NCBI GenBank assembly: GCA_964016885.1
Contig: OZ024743.1
Span: 2,852,001-2,916,000 of the forward strand
Direction of reading: 5' to 3'
Source of the DNA: Eledone cirrhosa
Taxonomy: Eukaryota
DNA length: 64,000 nucleotides
The notes under the pieces are model-generated. The model saw only the letters and a program-made list of their open reading frames with translations, was not told the origin of the DNA and did not search any database. The translations under genes and the position numbers were made by a program. Positions 38,801-50,800 of the stretch are shown here, one piece after another. Positions within the stretch are counted from its first letter, which is position 1. The number at the start of each line of letters is the position of its first letter.

Positions 38801-41800
38801 TGTAAGCTGGTTGTGCTGAAGACAACAGTCAGCACCCAGTTGTCCCTGTAAGGTGGTTGTGCTGGAGACAACAGTTAGCACCCAGTTGTCCCTGTAAGGT
38901 GGTTGTGCTGGAGACAACAGTTAGCACCCAGTTGTCCCTGTAAGGTGGTTGTGCTGAAGACAACAGTCAGCACCCAGTTGTCCCTGTAAAGTGGTTGTGC
39001 TGGAGACAACAGTTAGCACCCAGTTGTCCCTGTAAGGTGGTTGTGCTGGAGACAACAGTTAGCACCCAGTTCACCCTGTAAGGTGGTTGTGCTGGAGACA
39101 ACAGTCAGCACCCAGTTGTCCCTGTAAGGTGCTTGTGCTGGAGACAACAGTTAGCACCCAGTTGTCCCTGTAAAGTGGTTGTCTGCAGACAACAGTTAGC
39201 ACCCAGTTGTCCCTGTAAGGTGGTTGTGCTGGAGACAACAGTCAGCACCCAGTTGTCCCTGTAAGGTGGTTGACTGCAGACAACAGTTAGCACCCAGTTC
39301 ACCCTGTAAGGTGGTTGTCTGCAGACAACAGTTAGCACCCAGTTGTCCCTGTAAAGTGGTTGTGCTGAAGACAACAGTTAGCACCCAGTTCACCCTGTAA
39401 GGTGGTTGTCTGCAGACAACAGTTAGCACCCAGTTGTCCCTGTAAGGTGCTTGTTCTGAAGACAACAGTTAGCACCCAGTTCACCCTGTAAGGTGGTTGT
39501 CTGCAGACAACAGTTAGCACCCAGTTGTCCCTGTAAGGTGGTTGTCTGCAGACAACAGTTAGCACCCCGTTGTCCCTGTAAGGTGGTTGTCTGCAGACAA
39601 CAGTTAGCACCCAGTTGTCCCTGTAAGGTGGTTGTGCTGGAGACAACAGTTAGCACCCAGTTGTCCCTGTAAGGTGGTTGTGCTGAAGACAACAGTTAGC
39701 ACCCAGTTGTCCCTGTAAAGTGGTTGTGCTGGAGACAACAGTTAGCACCCAGTTCACCCTGTAAGGTGGTTGTGATGGAGACAACAGTCAGCACCCAGTT
39801 CACCCTGTAAGGTGGTTGTCTGCAGACAACAGTTAGCACCCAGTTGTCCCTGTAAGGTGGTTGTGCTGGAGACAACAGTTAGCCCCCAGTTCACCCTCTA
39901 AGGTGGTTGTCTGCAGACAACAGTTAGCACCCAGTTCACCCTGTAAAGTGGTTGTGCTGGAGACAACAGTTAGCACCCAGTTGTCCCTGTAAGGTGGTTG
40001 TCTGCAGACAACAGTTAGCACCCAGTTCACCCTGTAAAGTGGTTGTGCTGGAGACAACAGTTAGTACCCAGTTGTCCCTGTAAAGTGGTTGTGCTGGAGA
40101 CAACAGTTAGCACCCAGTTGTCCCTGTAAGGTGGTTGTGCTGGAGACAACAGTTAGCACCCAGTTGTCCCTGTAAGGTGGTTGTGCTGGAGACAACAGTT
40201 AGCACCCAGTTCACCCTGTAAAGTGGTTGTGCTGGAGACAACAGTCAGCACCCAGTTGTCCCTGTAAGGTGGTTGTCTGCAGACAAGTTAGCACCCAGTT
40301 GTCCCTGTAAGGTGGTTGTCTGCAGACAACAGTTAGCACCCAGTTCACCCTGTAAGGTGGTTGTGGTGGAGACAACAGTTAGCACCCAGTTGTCCCTGTA
40401 AGGTGGTTGTGCTGGAGACAACAGTTAGCACCCAGTTCACCCTGTAAGGTGGTTGTGCTGGAGACAACAGTCAGCACCCAGTTCACCACGTAAGGTGGTT
40501 GTCTGCAGACAACAGTTAGCACCCAGTTGTCCCTGTAAGGTGGTTGTGCTGGAGACAACAGTTAGCACCCAGTTCACCCTGTAAGGTGGTTGTGCTGGAG
40601 ACAACAGTCAGCACCCAGTTCACCCTGTAAGGTGGTTGTCTGCAGACAACAGTTAGCACCCAGTTGTCCCTGTAAGGTGGTTGTGCTGGAGACAACAGTT
40701 AGCACCCAGTTCACCCTGTAAGGTAGTTGTGCTGGAGACAACAGTCAGCACCCAGTTCACCCTGTAAGGCGGTTGTCTGCAGACAACAGTTAGCACCCAG
40801 TTGTCCCTGTAAGGTGGTTGTCTGCAGACAACAGTTAGCACCCCGTTGTCCCTGTAAGGTGGTTGTCTGCAGACAACAGTTAGCACCCAGTTGTCCCTGT
40901 AAGGTGGTTGTGCTGGAGACAACAGTTAGCACCCAGTTGTCCCTGTAAGGTGGTTGTGCTGAAGACAACAGTTAGCACCCAGTTGTCCCTGTAAAGTGGT
41001 TGTGCTGGAGACAACAGTTAGCACCCAGTTCACCCTGTAAGGTGGTTGTGATGGAGACAACAGTCAGCACCCAGTTCACCCTGTAAGGTGGTTGTCTGCA
41101 GACAACAGTTAGCACCCCGTTGTCCCTGTAAGGTGTTTGTCTGCAGACAACAGTTAGCACCCAGTTGTCCCTGTAAGGTGGTTGTGCTGCAGACAACAGT
41201 TAGCACCCAGTTCACCCTGTAAAGTGGTTGTGCTGGAGACAACAGTTAGCACCCAGTTCACCCTGTAAAGTGGTTGTGCTGGAGACAACAGTTAGCACCC
41301 AGTTGTCCCTGTAAGGTGGTTGTCTGCAGACAACAGTTAGCACTCAGTTCACCCTGTAAAGTGGTTGTGCTGGAGACAACAGTTAGCACCCAGTTGTCCC
41401 TGTAAAGTGGTTGTGTTGGAGACAACAGTTAGCACCCAGTTGTCCCTGTAAGGTGGTTGTGCTGGAGACAACAGTTAGCACCCAGTTGTCCCTGTAAGGT
41501 GGTTGTGCTGGAGACAACAGTTAGCACCCAGTTGTCCCTGTAAAGTGGTTGTGCTGGAGACAACAGTCAGCACCCAGTTGTCCCTGTAAGGTGGTTGTCT
41601 GCAGACAAGTTAGCACCCAGTTGTCCCTGTAAGGTGGTTGTCTGCAGACAACAGTTAGCACCCAGTTCACCCTGTAAGGTGGTTGTGCTGGAGACAACAG
41701 TTAGCACCCAGTTGTCCCTGTAAGGTGGTTGTGCTGGAGACAATAGTTAGCACCCAGTTCACCCTGTAAGGTGGTTGTGCTGGAGACAACAGTCAGCACC

Positions 41801-44800
41801 CAGTTCACCACGTAAGGTGGTTGTCTGCAGACAACAGTTAGCACCCAGTTGTCCCTGTAAGGTGGTTGTGCTGGAGACAACAGTCAGCACCCAGTTGTCC
41901 CTGTAAGGTGGTTGACTGCAGACAACAGTTAGCACCCAGTTCACCCTGTAAGGTGGTTGTCTGCAGACAACAGTTAGCACCCAGTTGTCCCTGTAAAGTG
42001 GTTGTGCTGAAGACAACAGTTAGCACCCAGTTCACCCTGTAAGGTGGTTGTCTGCAGACAACAGTTAGCACCCAGTTGTCCCTGTAAAGTGGTTGTGCTG
42101 AAGACAACAGTTAGCACCCAGTTCACACTGTAAGGTGGTTGTCTGCAGACAACAGTTAGCACCCAGTTGTCCCTGTAAGGTGCTTGTTCTGAAGACAACA
42201 GTTAGCACCCAGTTCACCCTGTAAGGTGGTTGTCTGCAGACAACAGTTAGCACCCAGTTGTCCCTGTAAGGTGGTTGTCTGCAGACAACAGTTAGCACCC
42301 CGTTGTCCCTGTAAGGTGGTTGTCTGCAGACAACAGTTAGCACCCAGTTGTCCCTGTAAGGTGGTTGTGCTCGAGACAACAGTTAGCACCCAGTTGTCCC
42401 TGTAAGGTGGTTGTGCTGAAGACAACAGTTAGCACCCAGTTGTCCCTGTAAAGTGGTTGTGCTGGAGACAACAGTTAGCACCCAGTTCACCCTGTAAGGT
42501 GGTTGTGATGGAGACAACAGTCAGCACCCAGTTCACCCTGTAAGGTGGTTGTCTGCAGACAACAGTTAGCACCCAGTTGTCCCTGTAAGGTGGTTGTGCT
42601 GGAGACAACAGTTAGCCCCCAGTTCACCCTGTAAGGTGGTTGTCTGCAGACAACAGTTAGCACCCAGTTCACCCTGTAAAGTGGTTGTGCTGGAGACAAC
42701 AGTTAGCACCCAGTTGTCCCTGTAAGGTGGTTGTCTGCAGACAACAGTTAGCACCCAGTTCACCCTGTAAAGTGGTTGTGCTGGAGACAACAGTTAGTAC
42801 CCAGTTGTCCCTGTAAAGTGGTTGTGCTGGAGACAACAGTTAGCACCCAGTTGTCCCTGTAAGGTGGTTGTGCTGGAGACAACAGTTAGCACCCAGTTGT
42901 CCCTGTAAGGTGGTTGTGCTGGAGACAACAGTTAGCACCCAGTTCACCCTGTAAAGTGGTTGTGCTGGAGACAACAGTCAGCACCCAGTTGTCCCTGTAA
43001 GGTGGTTGTCTGCAGACAAGTTAGCACCCAGTTGTCCCTGTAAGGTGGTTGTCTGCAGACAACAGTTAGCACCCAGTTCACCCTGTAAGGTGGTTGTGGT
43101 GGAGACAACAGTTAGCACCCAGTTGTCCCTGTAAGGTGGTTGTGCTGGAGACAACAGTTAGCACCCAGTTCACCCTGTAAGGTGGTTGTGCTGGAGACAA
43201 CAGTCAGCACCCAGTTCACCACGTAAGGTGGTTGTCTGCAGACAACAGTTAGCACCCAGTTGTCCCTGTAAGGTGGTTGTGCTGGAGACAACAGTTAGCA
43301 CCCAGTTCACCCTGTAAGGTGGTTGTGCTGGAGACAACAGTCAGCACCCAGTTCACCCTGTAAGGTGGTTGTCTGCAGACAACAGTTAGCACCCAGTTGT
43401 CCCTGTAAGGTGGTTGTGCTGGAGACAACAGTTAGCACCCAGTTCACCCTGTAAGGTAGTTGTGCTGGAGACAACAGTCAGCACCCAGTTCACCCTGTAA
43501 GGTGGTTGTCTGCAGACAACAGTTAGCACCCAGTTGTCCCTGTAAGGTGGTTGTCTGCAGACAACAGTTAGCACCCCGTTGTCCCTGTAAGGTGGTTGTC
43601 TGCAGACAACAGTTAGCACCCAGTTGTCCCTGTAAGGTGGTTGTGCTGGAGACAACAGTTAGCACCCAGTTGTCCCTGTAAGGTGGTTGTGCTGAAGACA
43701 ACAGTTAGCACCCAGTTGTCCCTGTAAAGTGGTTGTGCTGGAGACAACAGTTAGCACCCAGTTCACCCTGTAATGTGGTTGTGATGGAGACAACAGTCAG
43801 CACCCAGTTCACCCTGTAAGGTGGTTGTCTGCAGACAACAGTTAGCACCCCGTTGTCCCTGTAAGGTGTTTGTCTGCAGACAACAGTTAGCACCCAGTTG
43901 TCCCTGTAAGGTGGTTGTGCTGCAGACAACAGTTAGCACCCAGTTCACCCTGTAAAGTGGTTGTGCTGGAGACAACAGTTAGCACCCAGTTGTCCCTGTA
44001 AGGTGGTTGTCTGCAGACAACAGTTAGCACCCAGTTCACCCTGTAAAGTGGTTGTGCTGGAGACAACAGTTAGCACCCAGTTGTCCCTGTAAAGTGGTTG
44101 TGTTGGAGACAACAGTTAGCACCCAGTTGTCCCTGTAAGGTGGTTGTGCTGGAGACAACAGTTAGCACCCAGTTGTCCCTGTAAGGTGGTTGTGCTGGAG
44201 ACAACAGTTAGCACCCAGTTCACCCTGTAAAGTGGTTGTGCTGGAGACAACAGTCAGCACCCAGTTGTCCCTGTAAGGTGGTTGTCTGCAGACAAGTTAG
44301 CACCCAGTTGTCCCTGTAAGGTGGTTGTCTGCAGACAACAGTTAGCACCCAGTTCACCCTGTAAGGTGGTTGTGCTGGAGACAACAGTTAGCACCCAGTT
44401 GTCCCTGTAAGGTGGTTGTGCTGGAGACAATAGTTAGCACCCAGTTCACCCTGTAAGGTGGTTGTGCTGGAGACAACAGTCAGCACCCAGTTCACCACGT
44501 AAGGTGGTTGTCTGCAGACAACAGTTAGCACCCAGTTGTCCCTGTAAGGTGGTTGTGCTGGAGACAACAGTTAGCACCCAGTTCACCCTGTAAGGTGGTT
44601 GTGCTGGAGACAACAGTCAGGACCCAGTTGTCCCTGTAAAGTGGTTGTGCTGGAGACAACAGTTAGCACCCAGTTGTCCCTGTAAGGTGGTTGTCTGCAG
44701 ACAACAGTTAGCACCCAGTTGTCCCTGTAAGGTGGTTGTCTGCAGACAACAGTTAGCACCCAGTTGTCCCTGTAAGGTGGTTGTCTGCAGACAACAGTTG

Positions 44801-47800
44801 TCCCTGTAAGGTGGTTGTCTGAAGACAACAGTTAGCACCCAGTTCACCCTGTAAGGTGGTTGTGCTGGAGACAACAGTCAGCACCCAGTTGTCCCTGTAA
44901 GGTGGTTGTGCTGGAGACAACAGTCAGCACCCAGTTGTCCCTGTAAGGTGGTTGTGCTGAAGACAACAGTCAGCACCCAGTTGTCCCTGTAAGGTGGTTG
45001 TGCTGAAGACAACAGTTAGCACCCAGTTCACCCTGTAAGGTGGTTGTCTGCAGACAACAGTTAGCACCCAGTTGTCCCTGTAAAGTGGTTGTGCTGGAGA
45101 CAACAGTCAGCACCCAGTTCACCCTGTAAGGTGGTTGTCTGCAGACAACAGTTAGCACCCAGTTGTCCCTGTAAGGTGGTTGTCTGCAGACAACAGTTAG
45201 CACCCAGTTGTCCCTGTAAGGTGGTTGTCTGAAGACAACAGTTAGCACCCAGTTCACCCTGTAAGGTGGTTGTGCTGAAGACAACAGTTAGCACCCAGTT
45301 GTCCCTGTAAAGTGGTTGTGCTGGAGACAACAGTTAGCACCCAGTTGTCCCTGTAAAGTGGTTGTGCTGCAGACAACAGTTAGCACCCAGTTGTCCCTGT
45401 AAAGTGGTTGTGCTGCAGACAACAGTTAGCACCCAGTTGTCCCTGTAAAGTGGTTGTGCTGGAGACAACAGTTAGCACCCAGTTGTCCCTGTAAAGTGGT
45501 TGTGCTGGAGACAACAGTTAGCACCCAGTTGTCCCTGTAAGGTGGTTGTGCTGAAGACAACAGTTAGCACCCAGTTGTCCCTGTAAAGTGGTTGTGCTGG
45601 AGACAACAGTTAGCACCCAGTTGTCCCTGTAAAGTGGTTGTGCTGCAGACAACAGTTAGCACCCAGTTGTCCCTGTAAAGTGGTTGCGCTGCAGACAACA
45701 GTTAGCACCCAGTTGTCCCTGTAAAGTGGTTGTGCTGGAGACAACAGTTAGCACCCAGTTGTCCCTGTAAAGTGGTTGTGGTGGAGACAACAGTTAGCAC
45801 CCAGTTGTCCCTGTAAGGTGGTTGTGCTGAAGACAACAGTTAGCACCCAGTTGTCCCTGTAAAGTGGTTGTGCTGGAGACAACAGTTAGCACCCAGTTCA
45901 CCCTGTAAGGTGGTTGTGCTGGAGACAACAGTTAGCACCCAGTTGTCCCTGTAAAGTGGTTGTCTGCAGACAACAGTTAGCACCCAGTTGTCCCTGTAAG
46001 GTGGTTGTGCTGGAGACAACAGTCAGCACCCAGTTGTCCCTGTAAGGTGGTTGTCTGCAGACAACAGTTAGCACCCAGTTGTCCCTGTAAGGTGGTTGTG
46101 CTGAAGACAACAGTTAGCACCCAGTTCACCCTGTAAGGTGGTTGTCTGCAGACAACAGTTAGCACCCAGTTGTCCCTGTAAAGAGGTTGTGCTGAAGACA
46201 ACAGTTAGCACCCAGTTCACCCTGTAAGGTGGTTGTCTGCAGACAACAGTTAGCACCCAGTTGTCCCTGTAAGGTGGTTGTTCTGAAGACAACAGTTAGC
46301 ACCCAGTTCACCCTGTAAGGTGGTTATCTGCAGACAACAGTTAGCACGCAGTTGTCCCTGTAAGGTGGTTGTGCTGGAGACAACAGTTAGCACCCAGTTG
46401 TCCCTGTAAAGTGGTTGTGCTGGAGACAACAGTTAGCACCCAGTTGTCCCTGTAAAGTGGTTGTGCTGCAGACAACAGTTAGCACCCAGTTGTCCCTGTA
46501 AAGTGGTTGTGCTGGAGACAACAGTTAGCACCCAGTTGTCCCTGTAAAGTGGTTGTGCTGGAGACAACAGTTAGCACCCAGTTGTCCCTGTAAAGTGGTT
46601 GTGCTGGAGACAACAGTTAGCACCCAGTTGTCCCTGTAAAGTGGTTGTGCTGGAGACAACAGTTAGCACCCAGTTCACCCTGTAAGGTGGTTGTGCTGGA
46701 GACAACAGTCAGCACCCAGTTGTCCCTGTAAGGTGCTTGTGCTGGAGACAACAGTTAGCACCCAGTTGTCCCTGTAAAGTGGTTGTCTGCAGACAACAGT
46801 TAGCACCCAGTTGTCCCTGTAAGGTGGTTGTGCTGGAGACAACAGTCAGCACCCAGTTGTCCCTGTAAGGTGGTTGTCTGCAGACAACAGTTAGCACCCA
46901 GTTGTCCCTGTAAGGTGGTTGTGCTGAAGACAACAGTTAGCACCCAGTTCACCCTGTAAGGTGGTTGTCTGCAGACAACAGTTAGCACCCAGTTGTCCCT
47001 GTAAAGAGGTTGTGCTGAAGACAACAGTTAGCACCCAGTTCACCCTGTAAGGTGGTTGTCTGCAGACAACAGTTAGCACCCAGTTGTCCCTGTAAGGTGG
47101 TTGTTCTGAAGACAACAGTTAGCACCCAGTTCACCCTGTAAGGTGGTTGTCTGCAGACAACAGTTAGCACCCAGTTGTCCCTGTAAGGTGGTTGTGCTGG
47201 AGACAACAGTTAGCACCCAGTTGTCCCTGTAAAGTGGTTGTGCTGGAGACAACAGTTAGCACCCAGTTGTCCCTGTAAAGTGGTTGTGCTGCAGACAACA
47301 GTTAGCACCCAGTTGTCCCTGTAAAGTGGTTGTGCTGCAGACAACAGTTAGCACCCAGTTGTCCCTGTAAAGTGGTTGTGCTGGAGACAACAGTTAGCAC
47401 CCAGTTGTCCCTGTAAAGTGGTTGGGCTGGAGACAACATTTAGCACCCAGTTGTCCCTGTAAGGTGGTTGTGCTGAAGACAACAGTTAGCACCCAGTTGT
47501 CCCTGTAAAGTGGTTGTGCTGGAGACAACAGTTAGCACCCAGTTGTCCCTGTAAAGTGGTTGTGCTGGAGACAACAGTTAGCACCCAGTTGTCCCTGTAA
47601 AGTGGTTGTGCTGGAGACAACAGTTAGCACCCAGTTGTCCCTGTAAAGTGCTTGTGCTGGAGACAACAGTTAGCACCCAGTTGTCCCTGTAAAGTGGTTG
47701 TGCTGGAGACAACAGTTAGCACCCAGTTGTCCCTGTAAGGTGGTTGTGCTGAAGACAACAGTTAGCACCCAGTTGTCCCTGTAAAGTGGTTGTGCTGGAG

Positions 47801-50800
47801 ACAACAGTTAGCACTCAGTTGTCCCTGTAAAGTGGTTGTGCTGGAGACAACAGTTAGCACCCAGTTGTCCCTGTAAAGTGGTTTTGCTGGAGACAACAGT
47901 TAGCACCCAGTTGTCCCTGTAAAGTGGTTGTGCTGGAGACAACAGTCAGCACCCAGTTGTCCCTGTAAAGTGGTTGTGCTGGAGACAACAGTTAGCACCC
48001 AGTTGTCCCTGTAAGGTGGTTGTGCTGGAGACAACAGTTAGCACCCAGTTGTCCCTGTAAAGTGGTTGTGCTGGAGACAACAGTTAGCACCCAGTTGTCC
48101 CTGTAAAGTGGTTGTGCTGGAGACAACAGCACCCAGTTGTCCCTGTAAAGTGGTTGTGCTGGAGACAACAGTTAGCACCCAGTTGTCCCTGTAAAGTGGT
48201 TGTGCTGGAGACAACAGTTAGCACTCAGTTGTCCCTGTAAAGTGGTTGTGCTGAAGACAACAGTTAGCACCCAGTTGTCCCTGTAAAGTGGTTGTCTGCA
48301 GACAACAGTTAGCACCCAGTTGTCCCTGTAAGGTGGTTGTGCTGGAGACAACAGTTAGCACCCAGTTGTCCCTGTAAAGTGGTTGTGCTGAAGACAACAG
48401 TTAGCACCCAGTTGTCCCTGTAAAGTGGTTGTCTGCAGACAACAGTTAGCACCCAGTTGTCCCTGTAAGGTGGTTGTGCTGGAGACAACAGTTAGCACCC
48501 AGTTGTCCCTGTAAAGTGGTTGTGCTGAAGACAACAGTTAGCACCCAGTTGTCCCTGTAAAGTGGTTGTGCTGGAGAAAACAGTTAGCACCCAGTTGTCC
48601 CTGTAAGGTGGTTGTGCTGGAGACAACAGTTAGCACCCAGTTCACCCTGTAAGGTGGTTGTGCTGGAGACAACAGTCAGCACCCAGTTCACCCTGTAAGG
48701 TGGTTGTCTGCAGACAACAGTTAGCACCCAGTTGTCCCTGTAAGGTGGTTGTGCTGGAGACAACAGTTAGCACCCAGTTCACCCTGTAAGGTGGTTGTGC
48801 TGGAGACAACAGTCAGCACCCAGTTCACCCTGTAAGGTGGTTGTCTGCAGACAACAGTTAGCACCCAGTTGTCCCTGTAAGGTGGTTGTCTGCAGACAAC
48901 AGTTAGCACCCAGTTGTCCCTGTAAGGTGGTTGTCTGCAGACAACAGTTAGCACCCAGTTGTCCCTGTAAGGTGGTTGTGCTGGAGACAACAGTTAGCAC
49001 CCAGTTGTCCCTGTAAGGTGGTTGTGCTGAAGACAACAGTTAGCACCCAGTTGTCCCTGTAAAGTGGTTGTGCTGGAGACAACAGTTAGCACCCAGTTCA
49101 CCCTGTAAGGTGGTTGTGATGGAGAAAAAAATTAACACCCATTTCACCCTGTAAGGTGGTTGTCTGCAGACAACAGTTAGCACCCAGTTGTCCCTGTAAG
49201 GTGGTTGTGCTGGAGACAACAGTTAGCCCCCAGTTCACCGTGTAAGGTGGTTGTCTGCAGACAACAGTTAGCACCCAGTTCACCCTGTAAAGTGGTTGTG
49301 CTGGAGACAACAGTTAGCACCCAGTTGTCCCTGTAAGGTGGTTGTCTGCAGACAACAGTTAGCACCCAGTTCACCCTGTAAAGTGGTTGTGCTGGAGACA
49401 ACAGTTAGCACCCAGTTGTCCCTGTAAAGTGGTTGTGCTGGAGACAACAGTTAGCACCCAGTTGTCCCTGTAAGGTGGTTGTGCTGGAGACAACAGTTAG
49501 CACCCAGTTGTCCCTGTAAGGTGGTTGTGCTGGAGACAACAGTTAGCACCCAGTTCACCCTGTAAAGTGGTTGTGCTGGAGACAACAGTTAGCACCCAGT
49601 TGTCCCTGTAAGGTGGTTGTCTGCAGACAACAGTTAGCACCCAGTTGTCCCTGTAAGGTGGTTGTCTGCAGACAACAGTTAGCACCCAGTTCACCCTGTA
49701 AGGTGGTTGTGCTGGAGACAACAGTTAGCACCCAGTTGTCCCTGTAAGGTGGTTGTGCTGGAGACAACAGTTAGCACCCAGTTCACCCTGTAAGGTGGTT
49801 GTGCTGGAGACAACAGTCAGCACCCAGTTCACCACGTAAGGTGGTTGTCTGCAGACAACAGTTAGCACCCAGTTGTCCCTGTAAGGTGGTTGTGCTGGAG
49901 ACAACAGTTAGCACCCAGTTCACCCTGTAAGGTGGTTGTGCTGGAGACAACAGTCAGCACCCAGTTCACCCTGTAAGGTGGTTGTCTGCAGACAACAGTT
50001 AGCACCCAGTTGTCCCTGTAAGGTGGTTGTCTGCAGACAACAGTTAGCACCCAGTTGTCCCTGTAAGGTGGTTGTCTGCAGACAACAGTTAGCACCCAGT
50101 TGTCCCTGTAAGGTGGTTGTCTGAAGACAACAGTTAGCACCCAGTTCACCCTGTAAGGTGGTTGTGCTGGAGACAACAGTCAGCACCCAGTTGTCCCTGT
50201 AAGGTGGTTGTGCTGGTGACAACAGTCAGCACCCAGTTGTCCCTGTAAGGTGGTTGTGCTGAAGACAACAGTCAGCACCCAGTTGTCCCTGTAAGGTGGT
50301 TGTGCTGAAGACAACAGTTAGCACCCAGTTCACCCTGTAAGGTGGTTGTCTGCAGACAACAGTTAGCACCCAGTTGTCCCTGTAAAGTGGTTGTGCTGGA
50401 GACAACAGTCAGCACCCAGTTCACCCTGTAAGGTGGTTGTCTGCAGACAACAGTTAGCACCCAGTTGTCCCTGTAAGGTGGTTGTCTGCAGACAACAGTT
50501 AGCACCCAGTTGTCCCTGTAAGGTGGTTGTCTGAAGACAACAGTTAGCACCCAGTTCACCCTGTAAGGTGGTTGTGCTGAAGACAACAGTTAGCACCCAG
50601 TTGTCCCTGTAAAGTGGTTGTGCTGGAGACAACAGTTAGCACCCAGTTGTCCCTGTAAAGTGGTTGTGCTGCAGACAACAGTTAGCACCCAGTTGTCCCT
50701 GTAAAGTGGTTGTGCTGGAGACAACAGTTAGCACCCAGTTGTCCCTGTAAGGTGGTTGTGCTGGAGACAACAGTTAGCACCCAGTTGTCCCTGTAAGGTG

